From positions 1 through 63,649 of the forward strand of contig CBDUOS010000001.1 in the NCBI GenBank assembly GCA_965368905.1: a stretch of DNA of 63,649 nucleotides, written 5' to 3'. This DNA is from an uncultured Bdellovibrionales bacterium. Lineage in GTDB: Bacteria; Bdellovibrionota; Bdellovibrionia; Bdellovibrionales; JAGQZY01. A program made the translations under genes and the position numbers. Of the stretch, positions 48,380 through 58,917 are shown piece by piece (position 1 is the stretch's first letter; every line of letters starts with the position of its first letter). The notes under the pieces were generated by a model. It ran no database searches. It saw only the letters and a list, made by a program, of their open reading frames with translations, and was not told where the DNA came from.

Positions 48380-49960
48380 ATGAAACACATTCTTTTCATC
48401 TCAGTCTTGGTGTTGTCTTCTATAGGATTCGCCAAAGATCACAATGAAACTCGTTCAATTCAACAGATGATTGATGAGATGCCTCTCGAGCAAAAAGTGG
48501 GACAGCTTTTTATTTTCGGATTCACAGGTTCTAAATACTCCCAATCTTTGAAAAAACAAATCAATGAACTTCATCCTGGTGCAATTATTGTATTCGGTCG
48601 CAACATCAAGACACTTAATCAAGTAAAATCACTTAATGAAAAAGCACAAAAAGATTCGATTAAACACACAAAAGTTCCTCTTTTAATCGCAGTCGATCAA
48701 GAGGGTGGAAAAGTGATTCGAATCAAAACCTCACCCTCTCTGCCAAGCGCAAGAACCCTTGCTCTCACTGACAATGAAACTCTAGTACAAGATTCAGGCT
48801 ATGTAACGGGTCAACTTATGACAGCACTTGGGTTTAATATGAATCTTGCTCCTGTAGTTGATATCTCAAATACCAACTTCACAGATTTTCTTGGAAATCG
48901 CTCCTTCAGTGACCAAAAAGAAATTGTAAACAAAATGTCCACAGCTTTTTCAAAAGGTCTGATCGATGCCGGGATTTTACCCACGGCCAAGCACTTTCCT
49001 GGACACGGTGGAGTTCGTACGGATTCTCATTTAAAGACCCCCTATAAACAAATCACTCTCACAGAACTTTTATTTAATGACCTCGCCCCCTACAAAGAAA
49101 TGCTCAATAATCGAATACCGTTTGCAATTATGGCATCTCACATTTCTTATCCACTGATTGATGCGACCAGAAAACCAGCCAGCTTCTCCTCTCTACTGTT
49201 ACAAAATGTTTTACGCCAAGGACTGGGATTTGAAGGAGTTCTTCTGACAGATGATATCCAAATGGGTGGAGCCAAAGCCAATAAAATGTCAATTGGTGAA
49301 AGAGCTGTTCAAGCCATCATTGCTGGCAACGATCTCGTCATGGTGGGATGGAATCACAAGATTCAGAAAAGAGCTGTAAAATCAGTGATTGAAGCAGTTA
49401 AACAAGGAAAAATCAGTATGAGTCGAATTGACGAAAGTTTGTCTCGCCTCTTTCGCTACAAAATGCAGTTTTTCAAAAATCCAGTAAAATCGAGTTTGAG
49501 AAAACAACTAACCAAGATTCCCCTCAAGAAAACTTACGATAAAATTTTCCACGAAGTTATCGCCAATCAAGCCCCAGAAGAAAGTCTCAAAGACAAAGTT
49601 GTACACGTTTACAGCTACTCCTGGCGCTTCCTCACAACTTATAAAGAACAGTTAAAAAGCAAACTCTATCACCTAAAAAACTTTAAAAGTTGGAAACGAA
49701 GCAAAAAAGCCGACGCTATTGTGTATCACCTTAGTGGCCCGATTACTGGAAAAATTCTTCGTTCAGCACCGAGTGATATCAAAAAGAAAATGATAGTCGT
49801 AAATTCGAGCAGTTCTATTTTTCTGACCAACAATAATCTCTACAAAAAAGTAATCAATGTTCATTCTTACCATCCAAAACTTGGAAACTTTGCGGCCTAT
49901 CATTTAAAGAACATAAAACCAGCAGAAATCCGCCATCCCGCCTCGGGGAAAACGAATTAA
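48380..49960 (+). CDS. Secreted glycoside hydrolase family 3 (NagZ-like beta-N-acetylhexosaminidase) with a C-terminal extension of about 190 aa of unknown function
   Basis: I place the start at the signal peptide MKHILFISVLVLSSIGFA. GH3 motifs are present: VDQEGGKVIR, KHFPGHGGVRTDSH and LLTDDIQMGG. Confidence 0.85.
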   Translation: MKHILFISVLVLSSIGFAKDHNETRSIQQMIDEMPLEQKVGQLFIFGFTGSKYSQSLKKQINELHPGAIIVFGRNIKTLNQVKSLNEKAQKDSIKHTKVPLLIAVDQEGGKVIRIKTSPSLPSARTLALTDNETLVQDSGYVTGQLMTALGFNMNLAPVVDISNTNFTDFLGNRSFSDQKEIVNKMSTAFSKGLIDAGILPTAKHFPGHGGVRTDSHLKTPYKQITLTELLFNDLAPYKEMLNNRIPFAIMASHISYPLIDATRKPASFSSLLLQNVLRQGLGFEGVLLTDDIQMGGAKANKMSIGERAVQAIIAGNDLVMVGWNHKIQKRAVKSVIEAVKQGKISMSRIDESLSRLFRYKMQFFKNPVKSSLRKQLTKIPLKKTYDKIFHEVIANQAPEESLKDKVVHVYSYSWRFLTTYKEQLKSKLYHLKNFKSWKRSKKADAIVYHLSGPITGKILRSAPSDIKKKMIVVNSSSSIFLTNNNLYKKVINVHSYHPKLGNFAAYHLKNIKPAEIRHPASGKTN

Positions 49961-49975
49961 ACTCATCACACCCCT

Positions 49976-50563
49976 CTATGTTTTTGTCATCTTAACCAAC
50001 TCCAAAGAAACTTTAAATTTGGGAATTTTCAGTGAAATTTTGTTTTCCAACATCAGTCCTTCAAATAGTTTTCTGCCAGAAACATCTACAGAAAAAGATT
50101 CTCTATTTTTTACAAACCGAAAAGGTTTTTGTTTTCCTCCGGCTAATAGAAATCCTGAAAAATCCCCTTCTTCTTTCAAATCCAGTGTGAGTAACTTAAA
50201 AATCAAAGGCAATGGATCCTGAAGAGGAGATTCTGGAGTGGCGATGAGCCTAGCTTGCTCATTGCCCTTCTGAAACCTTACTCCCTGGCCCTCTGCTCTA
50301 TAGCTTTCTTTGAATTTCACCTTCGGGAAATCAATTGTGTGAGCTGAGAACAGCACATTAGTTTCTGTTAAAATATACGAAGAACTAAAGCGACCGGGAC
50401 TTTTAAAGACTCCAAAACGAACCTCACCCTCTGCATGAAAGTGAACAGTCTCTCCGTGGAACTTAAGGTGGGCCGCAAGATCGACTCCATACAAAAGCCC
50501 TTTACCAAGAATTCTGAATTCAAATGGTGAATGTCGAAAATGATTAAGAGTTTCCAAAATCAT
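49976..50563 (-). CDS. Hypothetical protein, beta-rich, no recognisable domain
   Basis: 195-aa ORF with ordinary composition. It is separated from the upstream operon by a terminator. Confidence 0.45.
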   Translation of the reverse strand: MILETLNHFRHSPFEFRILGKGLLYGVDLAAHLKFHGETVHFHAEGEVRFGVFKSPGRFSSSYILTETNVLFSAHTIDFPKVKFKESYRAEGQGVRFQKGNEQARLIATPESPLQDPLPLIFKLLTLDLKEEGDFSGFLLAGGKQKPFRFVKNRESFSVDVSGRKLFEGLMLENKISLKIPKFKVSLELVKMTKT

Positions 50564-50601
50564 GAGTGAATACTGGCACAGTTAGTAGGGGATTTACAAA
50601 G

Positions 50602-50627
50602 AAAAAGACCCGACAAATTGTCGGGCC
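50602..50627 (-). terminator. Intrinsic terminator of the four-gene lipoprotein operon
   Basis: The minus strand reads GGCCCGACA-ATTT-GTCGGGTC followed by TTTTT, about 30 nt after the stop at 50656. Confidence 0.8.
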
Positions 50628-50655
50628 ATTGTTGCACATCAACAGATATTGTTGA

Positions 50656-53600
50656 TTATTGAATTTTTAGTTCCGCTTCCCAGTTATGTTCACGGTTGAA
50701 AAAACCCTCGGTCACTTCATCAAAGAACTTTTCATATTCCCTTGCAGAATTCTTATAGTTAACGTTCAAACCGTAAACTTCCACAGGCTCCATGTATATG
50801 TTAATACTAACCAAATCTGGGTAATTGTTTTCTTTGATTACAGCCTCTGCAAAATTTTGGGCATTTTTCTCAACTTCAAGTAACCGCTCAAACTTCGGAA
50901 AAACTATATCTTTCATTCTCTTGAAATCATTTTCTACGATTTTATAATCATAGTTAAACATCATTCCAGGTCTCTTTCCTCTAGCCCAAAAAAACTGTTT
51001 GGCTTGTTGACGTTCCCAAACCCAATAGCAGCCATCTCGCATTCCTGCACAACTGTTGTCCATCGGGCGATCATTGCCCTCATTCCTTTTGATGTCCCAA
51101 TTGGTTTGAAAAGTAAGACCCAAAACATCAGCGTCTAAAAGTTGATATGGCAAGTCCATGAGCCCAGCCAAACGTGTATATGGCAATGTCTCTGACATCC
51201 AATTAATGTCCAAAGACATATCAAATTCAATAGCTGTATCCAGAGCTTCGGATCCAACCCATCCTTGAAATCCAGTCAGGTTAAAATAAGCTTGGTCTTC
51301 CTCTGATAATACATAAGACTGAAGAACGTTGCCCATAGTATCAACCAACGTGTCCATACTAGGAGTTTCTTCTCTCACACAGTCATCTCCCAGTTCTTCA
51401 TACTGAGTGACCCAACAGTTTGGCTTGTTAATGTCATAAAATCTTTGTACTGGAATTTGTAAGAAGATTGCCTGCTGTTCCACAACGTAGCGGAATTCCC
51501 AAGCATATTTTCTAAGCTCATATTGATCCCATTGGGTGAATCGAGACCCTAAAATAGCAAATCGACTGTCATCTGTTGTCAACTTAGTAGCCGCTTTAGA
51601 AAACTCATCGACATCTTCTCCAAATTTCAGAGTCCGAAAATTATCAATTGTTGAATTTTGAGAAATATACGGATTATTGCTCGGATCTTCCAAAAATTTG
51701 GGAGGAATCGCAATCTCCAAATAATCACCAACTATGGCTGGAACATTGACTGGCTCAGTATAGGGGGACTGAAAATTCACACTTTCTGTTAAGAATTTTT
51801 TCGTTCTCAACATGTATGTGACTTGTGACAAAGAATAGACCGGATCACCCGCTTCAGAAGCATCGATGGCATCTAAAACTCCTGGGATATTTCCATGAAA
51901 ATCTTGAATAACCTGGTTCGCATCAGCTATTGACAAAGTACCCTCTTTCACGGCCAACATAAGAGGGTGGACGACTTTAGAAAAATACTCATGCTGTGCA
52001 AAAGCTTGTTCACGAATTCTTCTCTTCGCTTCTTTTTCTGCAACAAATAAACAGTCATCAACCTTTTCCATGATGGCTTTTTGAACCCCCAAATAGGTCA
52101 TTTTGAAATGCTCTATCTGCTTAATTTCGCCACGCGCCTCTTCAAGAGTTCCAATATTGAGTTCCGGATGAGCCTCTTTCGCTCTTTCCGCGATTTCCAA
52201 ATACTGATTCAAAGTATAGTAAATTGGTTCAAGCTCTAAACGATAGCGATCATTTGTTTGATGCAAACGTTCAAAGTTCTTAGACTCTTTATAGTAGTCT
52301 CCCCAATAAAAAGATTCCTTGCCGTTTACTTCGTCAAAACCCATGTTAACAATATTGGGAGTAATGTAACTGTTCAGCTCATAAAATGGGATATTTTCAG
52401 GTTCAGGTTGTTGAGATCTGATACCATCGCACCAACGTACCATTTTTGATCCTTCTGAACTTTCATTGAAATAAATCTGCTTTTGAGCCTCTAAAGTGTA
52501 TTCGTACTGCGAGCGTCTTTGCTTGATTAATGTTTCCGCAGTAGCAGCGATAAATTTGTCTGCAGTGATCCCATAGATCTCTGCGGTACGAGTCGTAAAC
52601 ATATAGTAAAGAGCATCGTACATATCAGAACGATAAAGAGTTTTCTTTTCTTCATCCCACCATGATTTCTCTTCCTGCAAGTTGGTAAAGTTAAACCAAG
52701 GACCATAATACTGCCCCGTCATCATGTAATCCATAATGAGGGTTGAATCTAATTTGAATTGAAACCAAAGAATTCTGATAGTGGCTGCCCATTCAGTTTT
52801 CATCATATTGAATGCGAATGCCATCATGTTCGGGTAAGTCACGGCTCGCAAAATATTACGATTGACCGAAGTAAAAAATTCCTGAGTTTTAATTTCGTCA
52901 TATTTGTGGCTGTACCTAATATTCGACTCAATAAATGTCTTAACAGACCACAGTCGAACTGTATGAAACTCTGTCCAAACAGGAATCAAAGTTTTGCTCC
53001 AATCTAACACTTCTTGAAAGTGAGCATTTGTCACCGCATCTTGCTCAGACAAACGATCATGCAGCTTTTCAGTAGATTCAATACCTAGCTGAGCAATATC
53101 CCAGCGAACCAACATTTTAGAGGCCTCAAACATTTCGTCAACAAATGCAGCTTTGTGTTCAATAGAACTCACATAAGAACTTGCGTCTGTAACGGGCACA
53201 TTTTGAAAGTACATTTCTAAGGCCAAATAGGCCACTTCTATAGGACCAGAAAGAAGGCTGTCGATTTGTATATTCGCATAAGCGGGATACTGGCTCAAAT
53301 CTTTACGGCCTGTCTTGATTCTTTCCAAACGCTTTGCAACCTGTTCTTTGATACCCTCTTTTACCGCAGGGCTAATCCGTGAGTAGACAGGAAGAAAGGG
53401 AACAAGCTGCTTTCGAACTGCACTGAGTGCTGTATTAGCATCAGAATCGTATTCCCAGGGCTTAATAAGTTCAAACCAAGCCATTTTGTCAGCGTTTGGT
53501 CGATTCCATTTGTTTTGTACTGTTAAAGCAACAATATTGTTTAAATGAATACGCTGTGTCTCCATTGCAAGTTGTGTGCGACCTTCTTCAACGTCTGCCA

Positions 53601-54222
53601 ATACTAACAAAGCCACTTTCATGTATTCTTGCTCTAGTTTCTCAGAACCACGACGATTTTGCACATCATAAGCCGCGCCAAGTACATTGAGTTTTTCAAT
53701 ATTACCTTCTTTGCTATCAGCAATATTGAGTACAATCCAAAGTGTAGAGGCCTCGTGTCTTAACACTTGCTCTAACATTTCACAGATACTCTGTTCTGTT
53801 CCGAGACATTCGGACAAAAAACGTTCTTCAAACTGTTCCTCAGACACAGCCCATAGTTGTTTCTGCTCACCATTGCCTTGATCAACAATTTGTTTTCCTA
53901 GCTGTACGTAAAGCTCTAGATAAGCTCCATAAGCTGGACTGATGTAAGTGACTTTATCCAAAGATCCTGGACCATATATTCTTCCCTCTAGTTCTTGCAA
54001 AGCTTCGGTCCATTGTCCCTGTTCAATTTGTTCAGCAATCGCTAGATGTGCATCGCTGTATCGATTGGTATCCGGAATTTCACCCTGTTGGGTTACTGTT
54101 TCGACAACTTGATCTCGCGCAACATCATCACGAATCGCTGCCTGCTCATCGGGAATAGTTTTCGGCGTGCATGCAGCCAATGAAGTAAAAACGACAACTA
54201 TCAACAAAAACTTAGAACGCAT
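50656..54222 (-). CDS. Giant lipoprotein (1188 aa), paralog of the 1257-aa protein, no known domain
   Basis: Lipobox MRSKFLLIVVVFTSLAAC. It shares blocks with the 55133-58906 product: VTYPNM...W..F..DS...PWFNF, C..SICE/SCEF and D[LV][KQ]NRR. It overlaps the barrel gene by 11 nt. Confidence 0.7.
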   Translation of the reverse strand: MRSKFLLIVVVFTSLAACTPKTIPDEQAAIRDDVARDQVVETVTQQGEIPDTNRYSDAHLAIAEQIEQGQWTEALQELEGRIYGPGSLDKVTYISPAYGAYLELYVQLGKQIVDQGNGEQKQLWAVSEEQFEERFLSECLGTEQSICEMLEQVLRHEASTLWIVLNIADSKEGNIEKLNVLGAAYDVQNRRGSEKLEQEYMKVALLVLADVEEGRTQLAMETQRIHLNNIVALTVQNKWNRPNADKMAWFELIKPWEYDSDANTALSAVRKQLVPFLPVYSRISPAVKEGIKEQVAKRLERIKTGRKDLSQYPAYANIQIDSLLSGPIEVAYLALEMYFQNVPVTDASSYVSSIEHKAAFVDEMFEASKMLVRWDIAQLGIESTEKLHDRLSEQDAVTNAHFQEVLDWSKTLIPVWTEFHTVRLWSVKTFIESNIRYSHKYDEIKTQEFFTSVNRNILRAVTYPNMMAFAFNMMKTEWAATIRILWFQFKLDSTLIMDYMMTGQYYGPWFNFTNLQEEKSWWDEEKKTLYRSDMYDALYYMFTTRTAEIYGITADKFIAATAETLIKQRRSQYEYTLEAQKQIYFNESSEGSKMVRWCDGIRSQQPEPENIPFYELNSYITPNIVNMGFDEVNGKESFYWGDYYKESKNFERLHQTNDRYRLELEPIYYTLNQYLEIAERAKEAHPELNIGTLEEARGEIKQIEHFKMTYLGVQKAIMEKVDDCLFVAEKEAKRRIREQAFAQHEYFSKVVHPLMLAVKEGTLSIADANQVIQDFHGNIPGVLDAIDASEAGDPVYSLSQVTYMLRTKKFLTESVNFQSPYTEPVNVPAIVGDYLEIAIPPKFLEDPSNNPYISQNSTIDNFRTLKFGEDVDEFSKAATKLTTDDSRFAILGSRFTQWDQYELRKYAWEFRYVVEQQAIFLQIPVQRFYDINKPNCWVTQYEELGDDCVREETPSMDTLVDTMGNVLQSYVLSEEDQAYFNLTGFQGWVGSEALDTAIEFDMSLDINWMSETLPYTRLAGLMDLPYQLLDADVLGLTFQTNWDIKRNEGNDRPMDNSCAGMRDGCYWVWERQQAKQFFWARGKRPGMMFNYDYKIVENDFKRMKDIVFPKFERLLEVEKNAQNFAEAVIKENNYPDLVSINIYMEPVEVYGLNVNYKNSAREYEKFFDEVTEGFFNREHNWEAELKIQ

Positions 54223-55132
54223 AAGTCACCCCTCCTAGGAACACACGACGATATTTATCGTAGTAGCCTAAATCCACTCGTTCGTTTTCTTCATAAGAAT
54301 TATTGATCATGCTGGCAAAAATCTGGAATCCACTAATATTGGCAAATGTTGAAAGGTTGTCACCAAAACTTAAATTCCAACTACCATCTAAATACCGAAT
54401 GGTATCGACTCGCGCATTCCAACGAACACCCCAACGCGGCAAAATCATATAGGTCAGACCGAAACTATCTGAAATTAACCAATCACGGTTCATTTCATCA
54501 TTCGCAAATAATGAAAAGCGTTGTGTGTTCCACAGAAAATTTCCTGTCAAACGATTGAAAACAGAAAAGTTTTTCCAAGAGTAACTTTGCATAAAGTTAG
54601 TTAAAGAAAGGTTTGCAATGTGTTTATCAACCCTAGCTCTTTCACTAACAGGAAGACCAATGTTAAGGGTATTAGAACTTCGACTAACAAAACTTAAAGG
54701 TTTCATTTTTGTATAGACAAGCCCTAAATTGAGATTCGAAATTTGGTGAAACTGATCATTGTCATTATCTCTTACGATGTTCGAGCCATAGGACGCGTGA
54801 CTGAATCCTACAGCACCATAAGAGCTCCAATGTTGGTCAAAACTGTATGTGCCAGCAAAGCTAACCCTATGCCCAACAGTTTTCTGATCCACCTGTTCCA
54901 AATCATCATAAGAAGCCGCATAAGAAACAATCAATCCAAAACTTCTTGCCGAGGGCATAAAGTCTGACTGATCGACTCCGATCTTCTTTTTCTGAGACGA
55001 CTCATCATCTTTTTTAGAGTTAGCCTCATTTTGATCGACCTTCTTCTTAACTTCCGACTTACCAGGCGCTGCGACGGAGACCGCACCTGAAGAAACCAGC
55101 ATTAAAATGAGGAAAAGGTTAAGAAGTTTCAC
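54212..55132 (-). CDS. Small outer-membrane beta-barrel protein (306 aa)
   Basis: It has a signal peptide (MKLLNLFLILMLVSSGAVSVAA) and a Lys-rich linker. Alternating amphipathic beta-strands follow, ending in the OMP C-terminal signature ...FLGGVTYAF. The GTG start directly abuts the upstream stop (TAAGTG). Confidence 0.7.
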   Translation of the reverse strand: MKLLNLFLILMLVSSGAVSVAAPGKSEVKKKVDQNEANSKKDDESSQKKKIGVDQSDFMPSARSFGLIVSYAASYDDLEQVDQKTVGHRVSFAGTYSFDQHWSSYGAVGFSHASYGSNIVRDNDNDQFHQISNLNLGLVYTKMKPLSFVSRSSNTLNIGLPVSERARVDKHIANLSLTNFMQSYSWKNFSVFNRLTGNFLWNTQRFSLFANDEMNRDWLISDSFGLTYMILPRWGVRWNARVDTIRYLDGSWNLSFGDNLSTFANISGFQIFASMINNSYEENERVDLGYYDKYRRVFLGGVTYAF

Positions 55133-58100
55133 TTACTCTTCTCCTTGCTCGGTAGCCACTAGTTCATTGATTTCAGACTGGTAAGTACGCAAAACAGTGT
55201 AGAAGTAGCCACTGGTGTCGTTATTCAACTGCTGAGTGATCCCTTCAAACTTACTATAAATCAAATCACTAATTAACGGCTCCATCGCAACGTTCTTGTT
55301 TTGGCTCCAATCATTCTGATTAGCACCTACAGTATGAACTCGATCAGTTCTGTAACGGAAACGAAAAGCTTCTACATCGTCCTTTTGCGCTTTCACTTCT
55401 TCAAGGAACTCCTGGCTTTTCTTAAAGTACTCGCTAACCCACGCTGAGTAACGGCGTACATAAGCCTCATTGATAAAGTCGGGCGCATCAAAAATAAAAG
55501 TTGAACCTTTAATTTTATGAACAGAGTCTACATACTTAATTAATGTTGGCGCAAACCAAGTCTCTTCAGCAGCGTCGACTCTGGTGTCTGCATAAATTCT
55601 CTTAAACATAAGATCATAATACGAATATAGAACATGCTCATCTTGCTTCTTTATGACTTCTTCATATGTAGAGACGTCGTACTTATTTTCCTTACCAAGC
55701 AGCTCAAGAACCGCCATGTCCCTGTCATCGATATTGATAAATTGAATGGTTCTTTTGTAGTGATCAATCACATCTTTAGCTGAAATTTTCATGCATTTTT
55801 CAACCCGAACTTCTTCGGCTAACTCTGGATCTTTACAGTCAACCTCTGGATCCGTAGAGAGTTCACCAATTTTATAAAGATTGACCAAGATACGACCCTT
55901 TTCTTCGATGTCGCCAATTGGAGTCGTTTTATTGGCCCAGCTCATTTGATTAGCTAGTGCTTTAATACCAGACTTTACAAAGGCTTCCTTGGCTTCCTCT
56001 TTATCTTTTGTCGTCCAGTCAAAGTAAATTAGATCAGGTGATGTTTCCTTGTAAATTCCAGAAGTTTTAAAGTCAGCAGGCATTGTGATCGAGTACTGCC
56101 CAGGAAACAATTCATCCAAATAGGCTCGTACACGAGTGGCTGTATCCATTCGAAACGATGTTAAACGAGAGGGAGTCAACTTATTGTAGCCAAAGCGAGA
56201 TTGGTACTCGGCAGGGTAAGCAGCATCCTGGGTGTTTCCATTAAACTCTTTACGAATTTCTTCTAACTTCTGCATTTCAAGACTGTCGTCTGTAAGAGCC
56301 TGAATCTGTTCTTCTGTCAAAGGCGATAACACATCCCAAACTTTGTCGAACAGGTCACTCAATTCCTCGGCCTCACGGAAAATCATCATGTGAACGATGT
56401 CACGGTCTCTTTGCAAGAATAACCAATCACAGCCTTCAACTTCAGATTGAGCATCTTTAAACAACTTCGCATATTCTGCACGAAGACGATAATACTCCTC
56501 AAATTGTTGCTCGAATATTTCTTCAATTTCAGACTGGTCTCCACCTTTTGTTTGTTTAAAAACGTCAAGGATTGTCCCCAGTTTCACTTCATTTCTAGGA
56601 AATTCGATTCTCATACGCTCAAAGACACCTCGTGTTTTTGATGAATAAATCTTTCCTAGATAATTACCAATTTTATCATTTTTATTATTGGTGCCGTCAT
56701 AAAGGTATGCCCCAATATCGATAAATGCCATTTGGTTTTTAACTCGTCGACGAGGACGCATAGTTTGACGCCACTTCATCACTTCGTACCAGTCGTAATC
56801 TTCACCCAACTGTTCTTTGTAAGCGGCTATTTCTTCAGCCTCCTCTGCTTGCAGACGACGTTCTTCTGCACACATTGTCTGCAACGCACCAGCATTATTT
56901 TTAAACTCTTCAACCTTCTGAAGAAAGCTACGACGATCATTATCAAGTTCTTTCTCCATAGGAAGGAGCATTTTCTTAACAACCGTTTGAAAAAATTCTG
57001 GATGTGAGAAATAAATCAACGGTCGACTCTCGTCTTCTTCTACAGAATAAGTTTCAAAGATTTGAGTCACAAGCGCATAGTAGTAAGTGTACATAATCTC
57101 AGTAGAATCTAGCTTCTCTCCATCATTCCCAAAGTTGAACCATGGAAAGAAGTATCCATCGAAAAACAATGAAATAACAGTCAAGCTATCCACAGTAAAA
57201 GTTCCCCAGAAAGATCGGATTGTATCTTTCATTTCCTGAGAAGCCATCACATACATAAGTGGAAACATGTTAGGGTACGTAACCAAAAATTTAATATTTT
57301 TAGTCATAGCATCTATACTTGAGTTAATTCTCTCGTAAACCTTCGCACTTTCAGGACTCAAGTTGTTTGCATTTACAACACGGGTAATAAAGCTTTTGAT
57401 TGCTTTTGAACGAACAATACTCTTCGTCCAAGCTTTCCTAATTTTACTGGCTTCTTTGTCAGATTCTCTCAACAATTCTATTAATTTCGTGTTTTCATTT
57501 CTGTTGTAAAAATCTTTCATTCTATTGTTCGTTAAAACAATATTGTTAACCAATTGAATCTTTAACAGCTTTTCAATTTCAGCCATTAATCGATCGACAT
57601 TCTTATTGGTGTTACCCCAAAAGGCTGTTGCATCATCTAAGTTGAAGTGACCATAAAAGGCTCTATTCGCAAGATAGAAATACTCGTCCAAATCCTCGCC
57701 CTCGAAACTAACATCAGACAGCATTGTGTTGAGTATGTCTTTACTTTTCCCGCCATATAAGTCGACATCCAGGCCGTTCTCTATTTTAGGAAAAACTTCT
57801 TCTTGTAATGGAGTTAGGTTGCCAACAGGCTCTCCAGCGGCTTTAGCTTCAAGATAGCTCTCATAAGCTTTTTTCCATTCACCACGAATATTGGACTGAA
57901 TAAAATTAACACCTTGCTCGTAGTTTTTACCTACGGAATAGAGAAGCGAAGGAATTACTTCATTTTTTATTTCAGCCGCTAGGTTTCCTTGTTCATCATA
58001 AAGAAGCTGCTGAGAAGCCATTGATAGAATATCTGTCATGGCTGGATTCTTAGCGCTATCCACATTACGAGATAGCATCCAAGGGTTCAGCGCTTTAACC

Positions 58101-58906
58101 AACTCAATATACCTTTGATCGCCATCATAATTATTAATATTTACTTTCAGAATATTCGCGAAAAGATCCGCATCCTGACGACGGCGAATAGGATTTAAGT
58201 TTCCAGCCTGATCTGCATCCAAAGAACCCGCTATTCTTTCTAACAGCATAAAACGAAGGGACGCATCCAATCGTCTATTTTTAAGATCAAATCCAGCGCG
58301 AATTAAACGAAGTTTCTCTGCAGCATCAGTCTCTTGATCATGAATCATTTTAACAATTTGAGACATGTTCACGCTGTCATTGGAACGGAAAAACTTAATA
58401 AATTCGCATGAGCCCTGAAGGTTTTGGTCACAATCCCAAAGAATGGTTTCCTTATACTTCACTAGAAGATCAGTATTAGTAATCATCTCAGGGTTGGATT
58501 CATAAATCATAATCAATGCTTCATTGAACAACACAACCAATCGGGGAACTATATATCGTCCAGATTCTGTCCGTGCATTGCGATTGGCATCAACCATAAG
58601 ATAATTGACGTTGAGAACTACATCTCGCAAGGGGATGATGACTTTTTGCATAAGCATATTGGCATCAACGTTCTCATCAATAACGGCCATTTGACCCATA
58701 ACTATGGCTTCTTTATCTTCCATCATAGTTTGAAGTCTTTGGGTTTCCGCCGATTTTTGAACCACAGGAGTGTCATTTGTTACACCAACAGCTCCGTCTT
58801 GTAGGCTTCTTTTTCTAGTCGAACTCTCTGGTGTACAGTTAGCCAAGACAAAAGCAAGGGCAACTCCACCGACCATCTTAAATATTTTAATACTTGTCGT
58901 TTTCAT
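55133..58906 (-). CDS. Giant lipoprotein (1257 aa), paralog of the 1188-aa protein, no known domain
   Basis: Lipobox GGVALAFVLANC. An AAGGAG SD overlaps the stop of the upstream metalloprotease gene. The paralogy blocks are as listed for 50656-54222. Confidence 0.7.
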   Translation of the reverse strand: MKTTSIKIFKMVGGVALAFVLANCTPESSTRKRSLQDGAVGVTNDTPVVQKSAETQRLQTMMEDKEAIVMGQMAVIDENVDANMLMQKVIIPLRDVVLNVNYLMVDANRNARTESGRYIVPRLVVLFNEALIMIYESNPEMITNTDLLVKYKETILWDCDQNLQGSCEFIKFFRSNDSVNMSQIVKMIHDQETDAAEKLRLIRAGFDLKNRRLDASLRFMLLERIAGSLDADQAGNLNPIRRRQDADLFANILKVNINNYDGDQRYIELVKALNPWMLSRNVDSAKNPAMTDILSMASQQLLYDEQGNLAAEIKNEVIPSLLYSVGKNYEQGVNFIQSNIRGEWKKAYESYLEAKAAGEPVGNLTPLQEEVFPKIENGLDVDLYGGKSKDILNTMLSDVSFEGEDLDEYFYLANRAFYGHFNLDDATAFWGNTNKNVDRLMAEIEKLLKIQLVNNIVLTNNRMKDFYNRNENTKLIELLRESDKEASKIRKAWTKSIVRSKAIKSFITRVVNANNLSPESAKVYERINSSIDAMTKNIKFLVTYPNMFPLMYVMASQEMKDTIRSFWGTFTVDSLTVISLFFDGYFFPWFNFGNDGEKLDSTEIMYTYYYALVTQIFETYSVEEDESRPLIYFSHPEFFQTVVKKMLLPMEKELDNDRRSFLQKVEEFKNNAGALQTMCAEERRLQAEEAEEIAAYKEQLGEDYDWYEVMKWRQTMRPRRRVKNQMAFIDIGAYLYDGTNNKNDKIGNYLGKIYSSKTRGVFERMRIEFPRNEVKLGTILDVFKQTKGGDQSEIEEIFEQQFEEYYRLRAEYAKLFKDAQSEVEGCDWLFLQRDRDIVHMMIFREAEELSDLFDKVWDVLSPLTEEQIQALTDDSLEMQKLEEIRKEFNGNTQDAAYPAEYQSRFGYNKLTPSRLTSFRMDTATRVRAYLDELFPGQYSITMPADFKTSGIYKETSPDLIYFDWTTKDKEEAKEAFVKSGIKALANQMSWANKTTPIGDIEEKGRILVNLYKIGELSTDPEVDCKDPELAEEVRVEKCMKISAKDVIDHYKRTIQFINIDDRDMAVLELLGKENKYDVSTYEEVIKKQDEHVLYSYYDLMFKRIYADTRVDAAEETWFAPTLIKYVDSVHKIKGSTFIFDAPDFINEAYVRRYSAWVSEYFKKSQEFLEEVKAQKDDVEAFRFRYRTDRVHTVGANQNDWSQNKNVAMEPLISDLIYSKFEGITQQLNNDTSGYFYTVLRTYQSEINELVATEQGEE

Positions 58907-58917
58907 CGTATCGCTCC

